A DNA stretch of 64,000 nt, taken from Alphaproteobacteria bacterium. Its GTDB lineage: Bacteria > Pseudomonadota > Alphaproteobacteria > MPNO01 > UBA830. Positions 1 through 10,894 of this stretch are shown here, piece by piece. Both the position numbers and the translations under genes were made by a program. The notes under the pieces are model-generated. The model did not search any database and was not told the origin of the DNA. It saw only the letters and a program-made list of their open reading frames with translations. Each line of letters opens with the position of its first letter. Within the stretch, counting starts at the first letter, position 1. The stretch lies in the NCBI GenBank assembly GCA_965243135.1, contig OZ251539.1:3296001-3360000 (forward strand), written 5' to 3'.

Positions 1-408
1 CAGAGAACGATCGACGGCAACAAGGCCGGCATCACCGTCTTCGTGCCGTTCAAATACCAGAGGATTGCCCGCTACGTGCTGGAGGCGCGCGAGTCGCTGA
101 TTTGCGCCGGCCGGTTCGTCAGCAAGACCTGGTTCGACAAGCTGCCGGGGAATCTTCGCAAGGGGATACTTGCCGAAGCGGCCGCGACGGATCCCGTGAA
201 CCAGGCCTGGTCGGTCAGGTTCGTGCAGCGCATGTACAAGCTCTGGACCGAGTCGGGCGGCCGACTCACCCGGTTGCCTCCCGAGGACCACGCCGAACTG
301 CGCAGGCGCCTGTCCACCGTAGGCGACGATATTCTCAAGGACCGGCCGGCGGTCCTCGAGATGTATCGGGTGCTGAAGCGGGCGGCCGCGCGGGCGCGGG
401 CCGGGTAA
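1..408 (+). CDS. TRAP transporter substrate-binding protein (DctP-like), C-terminal part; 5' truncated by window edge
   Basis: Frame 1 is open from base 1 (QRTIDGNKAGITVF...FVSKTWFDKLPGNLRKGILAEA). The IDG and 'SK.WFDKLP' pattern is typical of DctP C-termini. Confidence 0.65.
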   Translation, partial: QRTIDGNKAGITVFVPFKYQRIARYVLEARESLICAGRFVSKTWFDKLPGNLRKGILAEAAATDPVNQAWSVRFVQRMYKLWTESGGRLTRLPPEDHAELRRRLSTVGDDILKDRPAVLEMYRVLKRAAARARAG

Positions 409-416
409 GCCGCGCC

Positions 417-1517
417 ATGAAGGACGCGTTCTTCCCCGATCACCCGGAACTCTCGATTCAGACGATCCGGTTGATCGCCCAAGTGGCCTATGGAGGGGCC
501 GATTATTTCGACGCCGCGGCGGCGGCCGCGCGCATCGATCCCGAGGATCCGGAAAGCTGGCGGGCGGAGTGGAGAGATCTCGGAGCCCGCGTCGAGCGGC
601 GCGCGCAGGAGGCGCGCGCCGCCGGCCACGGGCAGGCGGCTCTGCGCCACTACCTGCATGCCGGGTCGTACTACCGCCAATCGGACTTCTTCCTTCCCGG
701 ACGCGACCCGCGCAAGAAGGAGCTGTTCCTCAAGGCCCGCGCATGTTTCCTCGAAGCGGCCCGGCTGTACGACCCGCCGGTCGAAACGATCGAGGTGCAG
801 TGCGGCGCAGAGCGTTATCGCGGCTATTTTCACGCGCCGTCGGCCGGGCCGCTGCCGGCGGTTCTCATGCTGGGAGGCGCGGATTCGCTCGCCGAAGAGC
901 TCTTCGTGCTCGCAGGTCCGGAACTCGCGCGGCGCAACGTCGCGCTGATGCTCGTCGACACGCCGGGGCGCGGCTCGACCTTGCGAGTCGACGGAATTCC
1001 GACCCGGCCCGACTACGAGGTGCCCGTCTCCGCGGCCATGGACGGCCTCGCCGCCCGGCCGGAAGTGGATCTGTCGCGCATCGGTCTGCTCGGCATCAGC
1101 CTGGGCGGTTACTACGCCCCGCGCGCCGCCGGGTTCGACGACCGTTTCCGGGCCATGGTTCTGTGGTGCGGGTGCTTCGACGTGCTCGCCGACCTTTATG
1201 ACTTCTACCCGCCGATCCAGTCCCAGATGCAGTGGATACTGGGCGTCGATTCCGACGCCGAGGCTCGCGACAGGCTCGCAGCCTTCAATCTGCGCGGAAT
1301 CGCCAGCCGTATCTCCTGCCCGACCCTTGTTTCCCATGCCGAGGGCGACGCGCTGATGGATCCCGCGGGCGCGAGGAAGCTGTACGAGGAGATAGCGTGC
1401 GCCGACAAGGAGCTCAGGCTGTGGCCGAAAGAGGCCGGCGGGGCCGTCCACTGCAACTGGGACAGCTTGTGCGTCGCGCTCCCTTACATGCTTGACTGGC
1501 TCGCCGACCGCCTGTAG
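417..1517 (+). CDS. Alpha/beta hydrolase (FrsA / 2,6-dihydroxypseudooxynicotine hydrolase-like)
   Basis: ATG at 417 (MKDAFFP), GGADS motif, nucleophile elbow GISLGG, C-terminal GGAVHC. Confidence 0.8.
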   Translation: MKDAFFPDHPELSIQTIRLIAQVAYGGADYFDAAAAAARIDPEDPESWRAEWRDLGARVERRAQEARAAGHGQAALRHYLHAGSYYRQSDFFLPGRDPRKKELFLKARACFLEAARLYDPPVETIEVQCGAERYRGYFHAPSAGPLPAVLMLGGADSLAEELFVLAGPELARRNVALMLVDTPGRGSTLRVDGIPTRPDYEVPVSAAMDGLAARPEVDLSRIGLLGISLGGYYAPRAAGFDDRFRAMVLWCGCFDVLADLYDFYPPIQSQMQWILGVDSDAEARDRLAAFNLRGIASRISCPTLVSHAEGDALMDPAGARKLYEEIACADKELRLWPKEAGGAVHCNWDSLCVALPYMLDWLADRL

Positions 1518-1530
1518 CCGCGTGCCGCCG

Positions 1531-2559
1531 CTAACGCGGAACCCTGGCGCCGGCCATCGCGGCAAGACGCATGAGCGCCCGTTCGCAGATCGCGTCGGCC
1601 GGCAGGTCGGTCGACTTGCATTCGATCTCGGCCCGGATCAGTTCGGCGCGGCCGCGCGCCAGCAGGTCGCTCCGCCAGCGGCGAAGCTGGCCGGCGAATG
1701 CCTGCTGCTGCTTGAAGAACACCGGCGGTCGCAGGTTCTTGATCGCCTGTTCGGGGCTCGAGCCGCGCGCCACCGCGGCGGCGGCGACCTCCAGCCGCGA
1801 CAGATGCCTGAGTCCGGCGCGGATCATTCGAACCGGCTCCACTCCTTCGTACCGCGCGCGCGCGAACGCCACCGCGAGCGCCCCGATATTGCCGCCGACC
1901 GAGGCTTCGACAACGTCGTCGACGGTAACCGCCGCCGAATCGCCGATTATCGCCCTGGCGTCCTCCATGGAAATCTCCGTCTTGCCGCTCGCGTAGAGAG
2001 CGAGCTTTTCCAGTTCCGACCGGGTGACCATCCGGTCCGAACCGAGATTGGCGGCGATCCAGTCGATCGCGTCGCGGCCCGCCGAGAACCCGGCCTTCTC
2101 GATGCTCTGCCGAATCAATTGCGCGAGGTCCGCTCCCTCGTCGAGAAAGCAGCCGACGGCGGCGGCGTCGCCGGCTTTTTCGAACAGGAGGCGAAGCTTC
2201 GACCGCGGACTCAGCTGTCCGGCCTCGACGATGACCAGCGCGTCCCAGGAAAGCGAAAGCGCGTTCTCCACGGCCGCCGCCGCGCCGTCGTCGGCGTTGC
2301 GGAGTCTGACGAGGCGCCGCCCGCCCGCGAGGGACATGGCCGCCGCCTCGTCGGCGAGACGCGCCGGATCGTCGCGCAGCGCATCGGCGCCGAATTCCAC
2401 GACCGAAAACGGATCCGAGAGGTCGGCCGCGACCGCCCGCGCCGAGTTGAGCGCCCGCTCCCTCACCATTCCCGAATCCGGCCCGTAGTAGAGGATCGCC
2501 CGCATATCCGCCGGAGGATTTCCGGAAAAGGCCTCCGCCCGCGCCGGCGGGATCTTCAT
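1531..2559 (-). CDS. holA: DNA polymerase III subunit delta
   Basis: [38 protein letters not shown]; downstream of lptE/leuS with an ATGA overlap. Confidence 0.92.
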   Translation of the reverse strand: MKIPPARAEAFSGNPPADMRAILYYGPDSGMVRERALNSARAVAADLSDPFSVVEFGADALRDDPARLADEAAAMSLAGGRRLVRLRNADDGAAAAVENALSLSWDALVIVEAGQLSPRSKLRLLFEKAGDAAAVGCFLDEGADLAQLIRQSIEKAGFSAGRDAIDWIAANLGSDRMVTRSELEKLALYASGKTEISMEDARAIIGDSAAVTVDDVVEASVGGNIGALAVAFARARYEGVEPVRMIRAGLRHLSRLEVAAAAVARGSSPEQAIKNLRPPVFFKQQQAFAGQLRRWRSDLLARGRAELIRAEIECKSTDLPADAICERALMRLAAMAGARVPR

Positions 2560-3125
2560 GACGCCCGCGCGCGGGCTTCGGCCGCCTTTCCGCCCGTCCG
2601 CACCAGCCAGATCGAGATCCGCTCCCTTATGTCGTCCGCGATCTCGCGGACGGCCCGTTCGCGAGCGTTCTTCCGGGCGATCAACGTCGCGTAATGAGAG
2701 CCGAGGATGTTGTAGCTGTTGACCGACTGCGCCGTTCCCCGGAACAGGACCTTGCCGTCCGCGCGCCCGGCGACCGCGTAGCGCGCGCGCAGGGTGAGGT
2801 TCGCGCGCGTCGCGGTCTCGTCGATCCGAATCCCCAGCTTCTTGATGCGTTCGCTTACCCTGACGTTCAGCGAAAACCGGTCCCCGCCCGGGATGCCGCG
2901 CGGCCGGAACCGCTGGAGCAGCTCGTTTCTGAGAAGCTGTCCGATCCGGTTCGGGATCAGTTCGACCTCGAATCCGTTCAGCGCGGTTTGCGAAGCGCGG
3001 GAACTCTCCCCGTGGATCGGCGCGAAGCCGCACCCGTGCAGACCCGGCGCGGCAGCGAGGACGAGGCAGACGAACGCCGGCCGCGCCGCGTTAGTGAATG
3101 ACGTTGATGACGCGGTTCGGAACAT
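2556..3125 (-). CDS. lptE: LPS assembly lipoprotein LptE
   Basis: Lipobox-like [17 protein letters not shown]; conserved leuS-lptE-holA order. Start is uncertain. Confidence 0.85.
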   Translation of the reverse strand: MFRTASSTSFTNAARPAFVCLVLAAAPGLHGCGFAPIHGESSRASQTALNGFEVELIPNRIGQLLRNELLQRFRPRGIPGGDRFSLNVRVSERIKKLGIRIDETATRANLTLRARYAVAGRADGKVLFRGTAQSVNSYNILGSHYATLIARKNARERAVREIADDIRERISIWLVRTGGKAAEARARAS

Positions 3126-5643
3126 AGACGACCTTCCTGATCTCCCCGCCGCCGATGGCGGCCGCGACCGTCGGCAGGGAGAGCGCCAGTTCTTCCGCGG
3201 CCTTCTGGTCCGCGTCGCGCGCAAGTTCGACGGTTCCCCGAAGCTTGCCCCGCACCTGCACGGCGATCGTCACCGTGTCGTCCACCAGCAACCGGGCGTC
3301 CGCTTCCGGCCAGGGCGTTTCCGCCACGGGGGTCCGGTGTCCCATCATGCTCCAGAGTTCTTCCGCGAGATGCGGCATCATGGGTCCGATCATCAAGGCC
3401 ACGGTTTCCAGCGCCTCGCGCAGAACGGCGCCGTCCGCGGCGGCGCCCGCCTCCGAAATCGCATTGACGAGTTCGTGAACGCGGGCGACCGCCCGGTTGA
3501 AATGAAACGATTCGAGATCCTCGGTCACGCCGGCGACGGCGGCGTGCACGGCGCGGCGAAGCGGGTTTTCGGCGCCGCCGGACGGAACCGTTCCCGGAGC
3601 GGGCAGGCCGTCCGCCCGCCTGGCCACGAGTCGCCAGAGGCGGTTCACGAACCGCCATGCGCCGGCCACTCCCGCCTCCGTCCAGTCGAGGTCGCGGGCG
3701 GGCGGGCTGTCCGAGAGCATGAACCAGCGCGCGGTGTCGGCGCCGTAGGTCTCGATGATGTCCTCCGGGTCGATGACGTTCTTTTTCGACTTGGACATCT
3801 TCTCCGAACGGCCGGACTCGACGGGCCGTCCGGTTCCCGTCTGGCGCAGGGCGCCGCGCTCTCCGCGCTCGACCTCGGCCGGCTCCAGCCATTCGCCGCT
3901 TTCGGCGCGATAGGTCTCGTGGCGAATCATGCCTTGCGTGAAGAGGCCCGCGAAAGGCTCGTCGATATCCGCGTGGCCGGTCTTCCGCATGGCGCGCATG
4001 AAGAAGCGCGAATACAACAGGTGCAGGATCGCGTGTTCGATGCCGCCGATATACTGATCGACGGGCAGCCAGTAATCCGCCTCCGCGCGCGCGGTCGGCG
4101 CGTCGGCGCGGGGCGAGCAGAAGCGCGCGAAATACCACGAGGAATCCACGAACGTGTCGAAGGTGTCGGTCTCGCGCCGCGCCGCGCGCCCGCACCGGGG
4201 GCAATCGACGTCCTTCCAGGTCGGGTGCCGGTCGAGCGGATTTCCCGGCGCGTCGAACGAGACGTCGTCCGGCAGGGTCACGGGCAAATCCGACGCCGGA
4301 ACCGGGACGACGCCGCATTCGCCGCAGTGAACGACCGGTATCGGACAGCCCCAGTAGCGCTGGCGGGAGACGCCCCAGTCGCGCAGGCGGAAGTTCACCT
4401 CCCGCCGTCCGACCCCTTCCGCTTCGGCGCGGGCCGCGATCTCGGCCTTGGCCGCCTCCACGTCGAGCCCGTCGAGAAAGTCCGAATTGGCGAGCCGGCC
4501 CGGACCGACGTAAGCGACGTCGCCGATCTCGAAACCGTCCGCGTCCTCCGGCACCACCACCGGCAGGACCTCCAGCCCGTACTTGCGCGCGAAGTCGAGG
4601 TCGCGCTGGTCGTGCGCCGGGCACCCGAAAATGGCGCCGGTGCCGTATTCCATCAGAATGAAATTGGCGACGTAGACCGGCAGGGTTCGGCCTTCGACGA
4701 ACGGGTGCCTGACCCGCAATCCGGTGTCGCAGCCCAGTTTTTCGGCCTGCTCTATGGCCGCTTCCGACGTGCCGAGCCGCCGGCATTCCGCGACGAACTC
4801 CCGGAGTTCCCCGCGCTCCGGCGCGAGCGTTTCGATCAGCGGATGTTCCGGCGACACGGCGCAGAAGCTGGCGCCGAAAAGCGTGTCGTGGCGCGTCGTG
4901 TAGACCTCGAGGGGGGCGGTTCCCGGCGGCGCGCCGTCGAACTCGAACGCGACGCGGAGTCCTTCCGAGCGGCCGATCCAGTTGGCCTGCATCAAACGGA
5001 CCTTTTCCGGCCAGCGGTCGAGGCCGTCGAGCGCGTCCAGCAGCTCCTGCGAGCATTCCGTTATGCGGAAGAACCATTGCGAGAGAAGGCGCTTTTCGAC
5101 CGGCGCGCCGGACCGCCAACCGCGACCGTCGATGACCTGTTCGTTGGCGAGCACGGTCCCGTCGACCGGATCCCAGTTGACCCACGCCTCGCGCCGGTAG
5201 ACGAGCCCGGCTTCGAGGAAATCGAGGAACATCTTCTGTTCGTGGCGGTAATACTCCGGATGGCAGGTCGCGATCTCCCGGCTCCAGTCGATCGACAGCC
5301 CCATCATCTTCAGCTGGCGGCGCATGCCGTCGACGTTGTCGTACGTCCACCTGGCGGGATGGATCCCCTTTTCCATCGCGGCGTTTTCCGCCGGCATGCC
5401 GAACGCGTCCCATCCCATGGGGTGGAGCACGTTGAAGCCGCGCGCGCGCTTGTAGCGGGCGACGAGGTCGCCCATGGTGTAATTGCGCACGTGGCCCATG
5501 TGGATGCGGCCCGACGGGTAGGGAAACATTTCGAGGACGTAGTATTTGGGCCTGCCGGGATCGCGCGCCGCGGCGAACGCGCCGCGCCGTTCCCATTCGG
5601 CCTGCCAGCGCGCTTCCGCCGCCTTGAAGTCGTACGAGGTCAC
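3091..5643 (-). CDS. leuS: Leucine--tRNA ligase
   Basis: [13 protein letters not shown] (HIGH-like), KMSKS, editing domain [15 protein letters not shown]. Confidence 0.98.
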   Translation of the reverse strand: MTSYDFKAAEARWQAEWERRGAFAAARDPGRPKYYVLEMFPYPSGRIHMGHVRNYTMGDLVARYKRARGFNVLHPMGWDAFGMPAENAAMEKGIHPARWTYDNVDGMRRQLKMMGLSIDWSREIATCHPEYYRHEQKMFLDFLEAGLVYRREAWVNWDPVDGTVLANEQVIDGRGWRSGAPVEKRLLSQWFFRITECSQELLDALDGLDRWPEKVRLMQANWIGRSEGLRVAFEFDGAPPGTAPLEVYTTRHDTLFGASFCAVSPEHPLIETLAPERGELREFVAECRRLGTSEAAIEQAEKLGCDTGLRVRHPFVEGRTLPVYVANFILMEYGTGAIFGCPAHDQRDLDFARKYGLEVLPVVVPEDADGFEIGDVAYVGPGRLANSDFLDGLDVEAAKAEIAARAEAEGVGRREVNFRLRDWGVSRQRYWGCPIPVVHCGECGVVPVPASDLPVTLPDDVSFDAPGNPLDRHPTWKDVDCPRCGRAARRETDTFDTFVDSSWYFARFCSPRADAPTARAEADYWLPVDQYIGGIEHAILHLLYSRFFMRAMRKTGHADIDEPFAGLFTQGMIRHETYRAESGEWLEPAEVERGERGALRQTGTGRPVESGRSEKMSKSKKNVIDPEDIIETYGADTARWFMLSDSPPARDLDWTEAGVAGAWRFVNRLWRLVARRADGLPAPGTVPSGGAENPLRRAVHAAVAGVTEDLESFHFNRAVARVHELVNAISEAGAAADGAVLREALETVALMIGPMMPHLAEELWSMMGHRTPVAETPWPEADARLLVDDTVTIAVQVRGKLRGTVELARDADQKAAEELALSLPTVAAAIGGGEIRKVVYVPNRVINVIH

Positions 5644-5721
5644 GACCGCCTCCCGCCCGGCGCGCGCGCCGCCGCGCTCGCTCTCATTCTCGCCGCCCTT
5701 TCCGGAAATCCGGTCGCTCGC

Positions 5722-6300
5722 CTAGCCGTCGCCGCTTTCCGCGAACCGGAGCTGCCGCGCGCGCGTCAGGATCCGGTCTTCCAGCTTGGTCGCCGTCTCG
5801 GGATCCACCGTCGCGTCCCGCCAGGCGACGGTCCCGTCGGCGTCTTTCACCCTGTTCTGGCGAAACACGGAAACGCGCACGCCGTCGGACCGGAGTTGCC
5901 GGGCCAGGATAAAGACGTTCACCTTGAGGCGTTCGTCCGGCGTCGACGGCGGCGAATACCAGTCGGTAATGATCACGCCGCCGAACGGATCCGCGGAGGC
6001 GAGCGGCACGAAGGACATGGTGTCGAGGGTTGCGCGCCACAGGTAGCCGTTCACGCCGATGCCGCCGCCGCCTTCGTCGCTCTTGCTTCCGCCGCCCAGC
6101 GCTCCGATGAGGTCGACGCCGTCCCCGCCGAACACGGTGCTCCTGTCGTCGCTGGGGTAATTCTTGCCCGCGCTTCCCGGGGGCGGCGTGGCCGGATCCT
6201 TGTGCGGCGGCACTCCGCCCTCGCAACCCGCGAGCGCCAGCGCGGACAGCGCCGCCAGCGCGGACAGCCCGCTCCCCCGCTTTACTGTTCGTATCGGCAT
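5722..6300 (-). CDS. DUF3576 family lipoprotein
   Basis: LAGC lipobox; GVNGYLWRATLDTMSFVPLASADPFGGVIITDWY; typical upstream neighbour of alphaproteobacterial leuS. Confidence 0.88.
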   Translation of the reverse strand: MPIRTVKRGSGLSALAALSALALAGCEGGVPPHKDPATPPPGSAGKNYPSDDRSTVFGGDGVDLIGALGGGSKSDEGGGGIGVNGYLWRATLDTMSFVPLASADPFGGVIITDWYSPPSTPDERLKVNVFILARQLRSDGVRVSVFRQNRVKDADGTVAWRDATVDPETATKLEDRILTRARQLRFAESGDG

Positions 6301-6847
6301 TTCTCCTCCAGACTGGCTCCTTATGCGCGGCCAAGATAATGCAGGAACGCAGCCGCGTCACATGGATTCTGGCGGCTGCGCCGCCGTCCGGGTCGAACGG
6401 TCCACAGGGCCGTCCGCCGCGGCAGGGCGACGATCCGGCGACAAGCCGCCTTCGGTCCGGCCGCGCCTCGCGACGCGTACCGCTACGACTTCAAACCGGC
6501 TTGCCGGCTCGCCATCGAGCGGCGCGGCTGCGCCGACGGGCGGTTCGGCGCATCGGGGCGCAGGGCTCGGCGGCGGGATCCCGCCGCGAGGTCGAACTGC
6601 CCGGGGTCGGCGCGGGCGCGCACGGCACGGCGTTCCTCGGCGACGGCTGCCGCCTGAACGCGCAAGCGACCTGGCGCGACGTCAAGCCGACCGCCGGCCA
6701 AGAGAATTCGACAGAAGATGCGGAAGAGGGTTCGGAAGGACGGCGTGAAAATTCGCGCCGCCGCCGAACGGACGGCAACCGACAGGAAAGTTGCGCGGCG
6801 CGAAGGTTTCGCATACGTTCGTCGTTCCGAATTCGCAGGGGCATCTT

Positions 6848-7363
6848 ATGGAACAGTTCTCTTCCGAACTCATCGCCATTCTCGGCGTCGGCGCCATCAT
6901 GCTTGGCGGCGGCATTGCCGTTATCAGGCTGGTTCTTCTGCAAGGCCGCCGGCTCGACCGCCGAATCGACGCACTTGCCCTGCGCATGGACGAACGGGAC
7001 CGGCGGACGGACGACCGGTTCGGGCAGGTCAACGAGCAATACCGGCAGCTGACCGATCAGACCAACGAACGGTTCCGGCAGCTGACCGATCAGATGAACG
7101 AACGGTTCCGGCAACAGAACGAGGAGACCAACGAACGGTTCCGGCAGCTGACCGATCAGATGAACGAACGGTTCCGGCAACAGAACGAGGAGACCAACGA
7201 ACGGTTCCGGCAGCTGACCGATCAGATGAACGAGCAATTCCGGCAGATGAACGAACAGTTCCGGACGTTGAGCGAGCGCGTGGCGCGCGTCGAGGGCAAG
7301 TTCGACCTGCTCGAGACTTTCGTCGAGCACCGGAAGGAGCCGCCGGCCGAGGCGGCGGAATAG
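6848..7363 (+). CDS. Membrane-anchored coiled-coil protein with 11-aa repeats
   Basis: N-terminal hydrophobic helix (LIAILGVGAIMLGGGIAVI), then NERFRQLTDQM/NERFRQQNEET repeats and RVARVEG. Confidence 0.75.
   Translation: MEQFSSELIAILGVGAIMLGGGIAVIRLVLLQGRRLDRRIDALALRMDERDRRTDDRFGQVNEQYRQLTDQTNERFRQLTDQMNERFRQQNEETNERFRQLTDQMNERFRQQNEETNERFRQLTDQMNEQFRQMNEQFRTLSERVARVEGKFDLLETFVEHRKEPPAEAAE
7031..7264 (+). repeat. Coding tandem repeat: six 33-bp units (alternating, 66-bp higher-order period) plus shorter units
   Basis: aacgaacggttccggcagctgaccgatcagatg alternates with aacgaacggttccggcaacagaacgaggagacc; no unique spacers. Confidence 0.9.
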
Positions 7364-7445
7364 CGGCGCGCCGCGGAAATTCGCACTGCCGCCTGCCGCC
7401 GGACGGACGGGCAGCCGCCGAAAACGCCTCTGTCCGAATCGGAAC

Positions 7446-7474
7446 TTGACATCGCTTGGGCGCCCGCGCAATCT
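7446..7474 (+). promoter_or_regulatory. Putative sigma70 promoter for island-1 operon
   Basis: TTGACA-17 nt-CAATCT about 135 bp upstream of the 7609 ATG. Confidence 0.4.
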
Positions 7475-7608
7475 GGCATCGTCAATCATGCTGATCGTTC
7501 ATTATCGCCTTTGATCGGCATCAACCATTGCGCGGATGGCATGGCGCACCGGAAAAACGGAACTATGGCGGGTCAATATCCGTCTACGAAATTTGGAGCG
7601 GCTTTCCA

Positions 7609-8433
7609 ATGATTGACGACGATTTGTTGAAAAGCGCCCGGGAAAAATCCCGGGATCTCGCCAAAGCTAAACGAGCTGTCGACGAATTCCTGAAAGTTAA
7701 GGACCACTCCGGCATAAATGCATTGCCGCTGTTCGAAAAAGCTGCAGGAGAATTGCATAAAGTATCCCACGAACGCCTTCTGGTCGAACGTTTGGAAGAA
7801 GAACGCAAGAAATTGGAGAAACGCACCGTCGAGGCTCTGCAACGAAGAAGGGAAGAGTTGCATAAATCCGCCGCGGAGGCCGGATGGACGGCGCGCAGAT
7901 TGCAAGATTTTGATTTTGTTGAATGTTTCCGTCTCGATTACCGCGGCGAACAAGTATCCGTGAAACTCGGAAGCGAAAGATGCGACAGCTTCAATGAAAC
8001 GGACGGAAAGAAGGTGTTCGTTCGCCTTCGACAAGAATTGTCGAAACTGCGAGACTTTCCCTTTTCCAGAGACAATTTTTTCCGGATGGTGAAAGAGGCG
8101 TTGCATATGGGAAGGGTTTTCGGATACGATAATGACGGCAAGGTGCCCATTCGCAGAGTTTACGCATTGTGCGCGTTGGCTCGGCAAACCGGGAACGAAA
8201 AATTCATGCGGAATCCGAATGGAAAGAATTTTCAGGATTACTCCATTTGCCAGTTCGTTTTCGACATGGCTCGTTTCGGACAATCCGGATGGCGCGACGG
8301 CCGGGGAGAAAGGCTATCCAGTCAAACGCCGAATATGGCTTCGGCCGTCGAGAAAAAAACGCTCACTCTGCCCTCGTTGGACGGCGCGGAAGCGGGCCCG
8401 CAACTTGCCGCCTTGTGGATCGAAAAGGCGTAG
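7609..8433 (+). CDS. Hypothetical protein (N-terminal coiled coil), first gene of ATPase-helicase operon
   Basis: Lower-GC ORF MIDDDLLKSAREK...FQDYSICQFVFDMARF; ends 5 nt before the next gene. Confidence 0.75.
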   Translation: MIDDDLLKSAREKSRDLAKAKRAVDEFLKVKDHSGINALPLFEKAAGELHKVSHERLLVERLEEERKKLEKRTVEALQRRREELHKSAAEAGWTARRLQDFDFVECFRLDYRGEQVSVKLGSERCDSFNETDGKKVFVRLRQELSKLRDFPFSRDNFFRMVKEALHMGRVFGYDNDGKVPIRRVYALCALARQTGNEKFMRNPNGKNFQDYSICQFVFDMARFGQSGWRDGRGERLSSQTPNMASAVEKKTLTLPSLDGAEAGPQLAALWIEKA

Positions 8434-8438
8434 ATCGC

Positions 8439-9614
8439 GTGCGGCCGGACGAGGCGTTGGCGACCCTTGCGGCGACCGGCGTCGCGCCGCCGGACGGAGA
8501 GACCGCCGCGCGCCTTTCCGTAGGCATCGGGACGACGCTGGAGCGCATCGTCGAGGAGACCTTCCCGTTCATCTCCGCCGGGGGCGGCGAGCTGAAATTC
8601 GTTCACGCGCCCTACGGCCGGGGCAAGACCCATTTTCTGCGGGCGCTGCAGAACGCCGCGCGCCGATATGGATTCGTGACCTCCTACGTGGATTGCAAGG
8701 ACTACGGCAGCCCCTTCCAGTCCCTTGTCGACACGTACCGGGCGATTTCGCGGAACATGCGTCCGCCGACGGACGACCCGGACGGCCGAACGGGCGCGGG
8801 ACCGGTGATCGAGGGCCGCTTCGACGAGGAACGCGTCGCGGCGAACAAGCTTTTGTCGCCGGAATATCGCAATCTGGTACGGTCGTATCATCAGGCGTCG
8901 GCGGACGACGAATGCGAAGATCTTCGCGGCCGCCTGGAGGCCCTTTTGAACTCCTATCCCGGAATCCGCGCGACGCCGGGAAAGTTGAGTTCGGCATATA
9001 GATGGCTGCCTCGACCGCTGGGGAAATTGGGATCCAGGAACGCAGGCTCGTGGCTGCGTTGCCTTCTGTCGCTGCCGCACGCTTTGGGGTATTCCGGGTT
9101 TCTGGTATTGTTCGACGAAACCGAAACCGTGCTCAATCGGGGCGCATCGCGGAGAATTCAGCAACGCCTGGCGCACATGCGGACCTTCGTGGATTACATG
9201 GCCATCGGCGGGATTCGCGGATGCGCGGTCTATTGCGCCGCGCTGGACGGTTTCGTAGACGACGCGCGCAGTTATCTCGAAGCGCTGTCCCAGCGGATCG
9301 AACGCTTGCGTTTGCCCGAGGCGGCCGGAGATGGCCAGCATGCGAACGGAACTCGAAACCCGCTCGCGACATGGGTGGACCTTGACGAATTGACGAATCC
9401 CGGTCCGAACGACGAGGAGTTCTTTTTCGGGATCGCGGACCGCATTGCCGACTTGGGAATGGAGGTGGGAATGTCCGAAGAAGGGAAGGCGAGAGCGTTG
9501 GAGAGAATGAAGCTGCAGGCGCCCGAATACACGGCAAACATCCAGCAAGGAAAGACGCGCGAATACGTCAAGTTCGCCGCGGCGTGCGTGGCCCAGGAAC
9601 TATACCGATCATGA
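8439..9614 (+). CDS. DUF2791/BrxD-like P-loop ATPase 1
   Basis: GTG start after the upstream stop; Walker A APYGRGKTHFL, Walker B FLVLFDETE, EALSQR. Confidence 0.75.
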   Translation: MRPDEALATLAATGVAPPDGETAARLSVGIGTTLERIVEETFPFISAGGGELKFVHAPYGRGKTHFLRALQNAARRYGFVTSYVDCKDYGSPFQSLVDTYRAISRNMRPPTDDPDGRTGAGPVIEGRFDEERVAANKLLSPEYRNLVRSYHQASADDECEDLRGRLEALLNSYPGIRATPGKLSSAYRWLPRPLGKLGSRNAGSWLRCLLSLPHALGYSGFLVLFDETETVLNRGASRRIQQRLAHMRTFVDYMAIGGIRGCAVYCAALDGFVDDARSYLEALSQRIERLRLPEAAGDGQHANGTRNPLATWVDLDELTNPGPNDEEFFFGIADRIADLGMEVGMSEEGKARALERMKLQAPEYTANIQQGKTREYVKFAAACVAQELYRS

Positions 9615-10894
9615 GCGTTGACGACGACGCCGCGGCGCGCCTGCGCGACTTGTGGGCGCGCCTCGCGGAAAGCGGCACGGTGCCTACCGATCTTGAGCTC
9701 GCCTCCCACAGCTTGCCGAATTACTCGGTCGCGGTCGAGCCTTGGATGGACCGGCTGGCGAAGCGCTATCTCCAGGACCTTTGCCGCAGAAACTCCCACT
9801 TCAAACTGGTTATCGCGCCTTACGGCGGCGGGAAGACCCATTTTTTGATTGAACTCGGAAATCGGGCGCGCAAGGAAGACTTCGCCGTTTCTTACGTTCC
9901 ATGCAGCGCGGATACGAATCTGGAAGACGGGTTGGAACTGTACAAGGAATCGGTGAAGAAACTGTGGCTTCCGGGCGAAACGGAATCAGGATTGCGACGT
10001 TTTCTCGGCGCGACGATCAAGAGAAAGCGCACTCAAATCTCCAGTCGCGAAGTCCCCGATGAAGCGTTGGCGTTCGACCGCTGGCTCCATACCGTGGAAC
10101 GGACGCAATACGAAGAGAACGCTTTCGGGCGCGTCATGGCGGCGGCGCTGCGGGGCGTGGACGAACCGTCGCAGCTTGGCGAAGCCGCTTTTCGGTGGTT
10201 GCAGGGCGATCCCGACACTCTCGGGCGAAGCGAACTGGAGGGGCTTGGTCTCGCGAGAATAAGCGCGAAGGACAAGAAGAAATTCGGAAGGAACATGCTT
10301 CTCTCGATGGCGAAATTTCTTCCGGAAGCAGGTCCTTACGGCTGGGTCTTGCTGATCGACGAGGTTGAAACCCTTTTCACCGCAAGAGGCAAGTCGTTGC
10401 TGCGCGTGCTCGCCGCGATGAGAATACTGGTGGACATTCAGGGAGTTCCTCTGCTGGGGACGTTCGCCGCCGTTCCCGACATCATGGAGCAAATCAGACT
10501 ATATGAAGCCCTTCGGGGCAGACTTTCGGTTATCGGCGCGGCCTTCGATCAAGGCAACGATCTTGCCGTCCAACTGCATCTGGACAAGATGGACAAACAA
10601 GAGAAGCTGCTCGCGGATATCGGACGTAGATTGATTCAAGTCGGAAGCCAGGCGAAAGGGGTTTCTTTCGACGCCGAATTGCAATCGTCCAACGCGGAGA
10701 ATCTGGCTCAAGTCGCGGCGGACCGGAATCTCGACGTGGATGCGCGACGGCTATACGTCAAGACATGGGTGAGCTTGCTCGAAGAACAGAGCGAGAAGGA
10801 ACAGCGGAGGTTCGAAAATCAGGAGCTATCGGAACGTTACCAAGGCGCTTTCGATTCGCTTCGCGCTTCCGAGAGCGACGATTTCGAACCATGA
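9611..10894 (+). CDS. DUF2791/BrxD-like P-loop ATPase 2
   Basis: ATGA overlap; Walker A APYGGGKTHFL, RWLQG, Walker B VLLIDEVE, YEALRGRL. Confidence 0.8.
   Translation: MSVDDDAAARLRDLWARLAESGTVPTDLELASHSLPNYSVAVEPWMDRLAKRYLQDLCRRNSHFKLVIAPYGGGKTHFLIELGNRARKEDFAVSYVPCSADTNLEDGLELYKESVKKLWLPGETESGLRRFLGATIKRKRTQISSREVPDEALAFDRWLHTVERTQYEENAFGRVMAAALRGVDEPSQLGEAAFRWLQGDPDTLGRSELEGLGLARISAKDKKKFGRNMLLSMAKFLPEAGPYGWVLLIDEVETLFTARGKSLLRVLAAMRILVDIQGVPLLGTFAAVPDIMEQIRLYEALRGRLSVIGAAFDQGNDLAVQLHLDKMDKQEKLLADIGRRLIQVGSQAKGVSFDAELQSSNAENLAQVAADRNLDVDARRLYVKTWVSLLEEQSEKEQRRFENQELSERYQGAFDSLRASESDDFEP

Noticed and set aside
2794-6339. 1181-aa plus-strand ORF
   Set aside because: Antisense shadow of leuS/DUF3576 in high-GC DNA with no recognisable motifs. 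The same applies to most overlapping Arg/Pro-rich ORFs in the track.
6339-6800. ORFs upstream of DUF3576 (possible outer-membrane gene remnant)
   Set aside because: No convincing start, RBS or family motif.
7031-7264. CRISPR-like 33-bp periodicity
   Set aside because: Units are contiguous, in frame and lack unique spacers, and there are no cas genes. It is a coding repeat.
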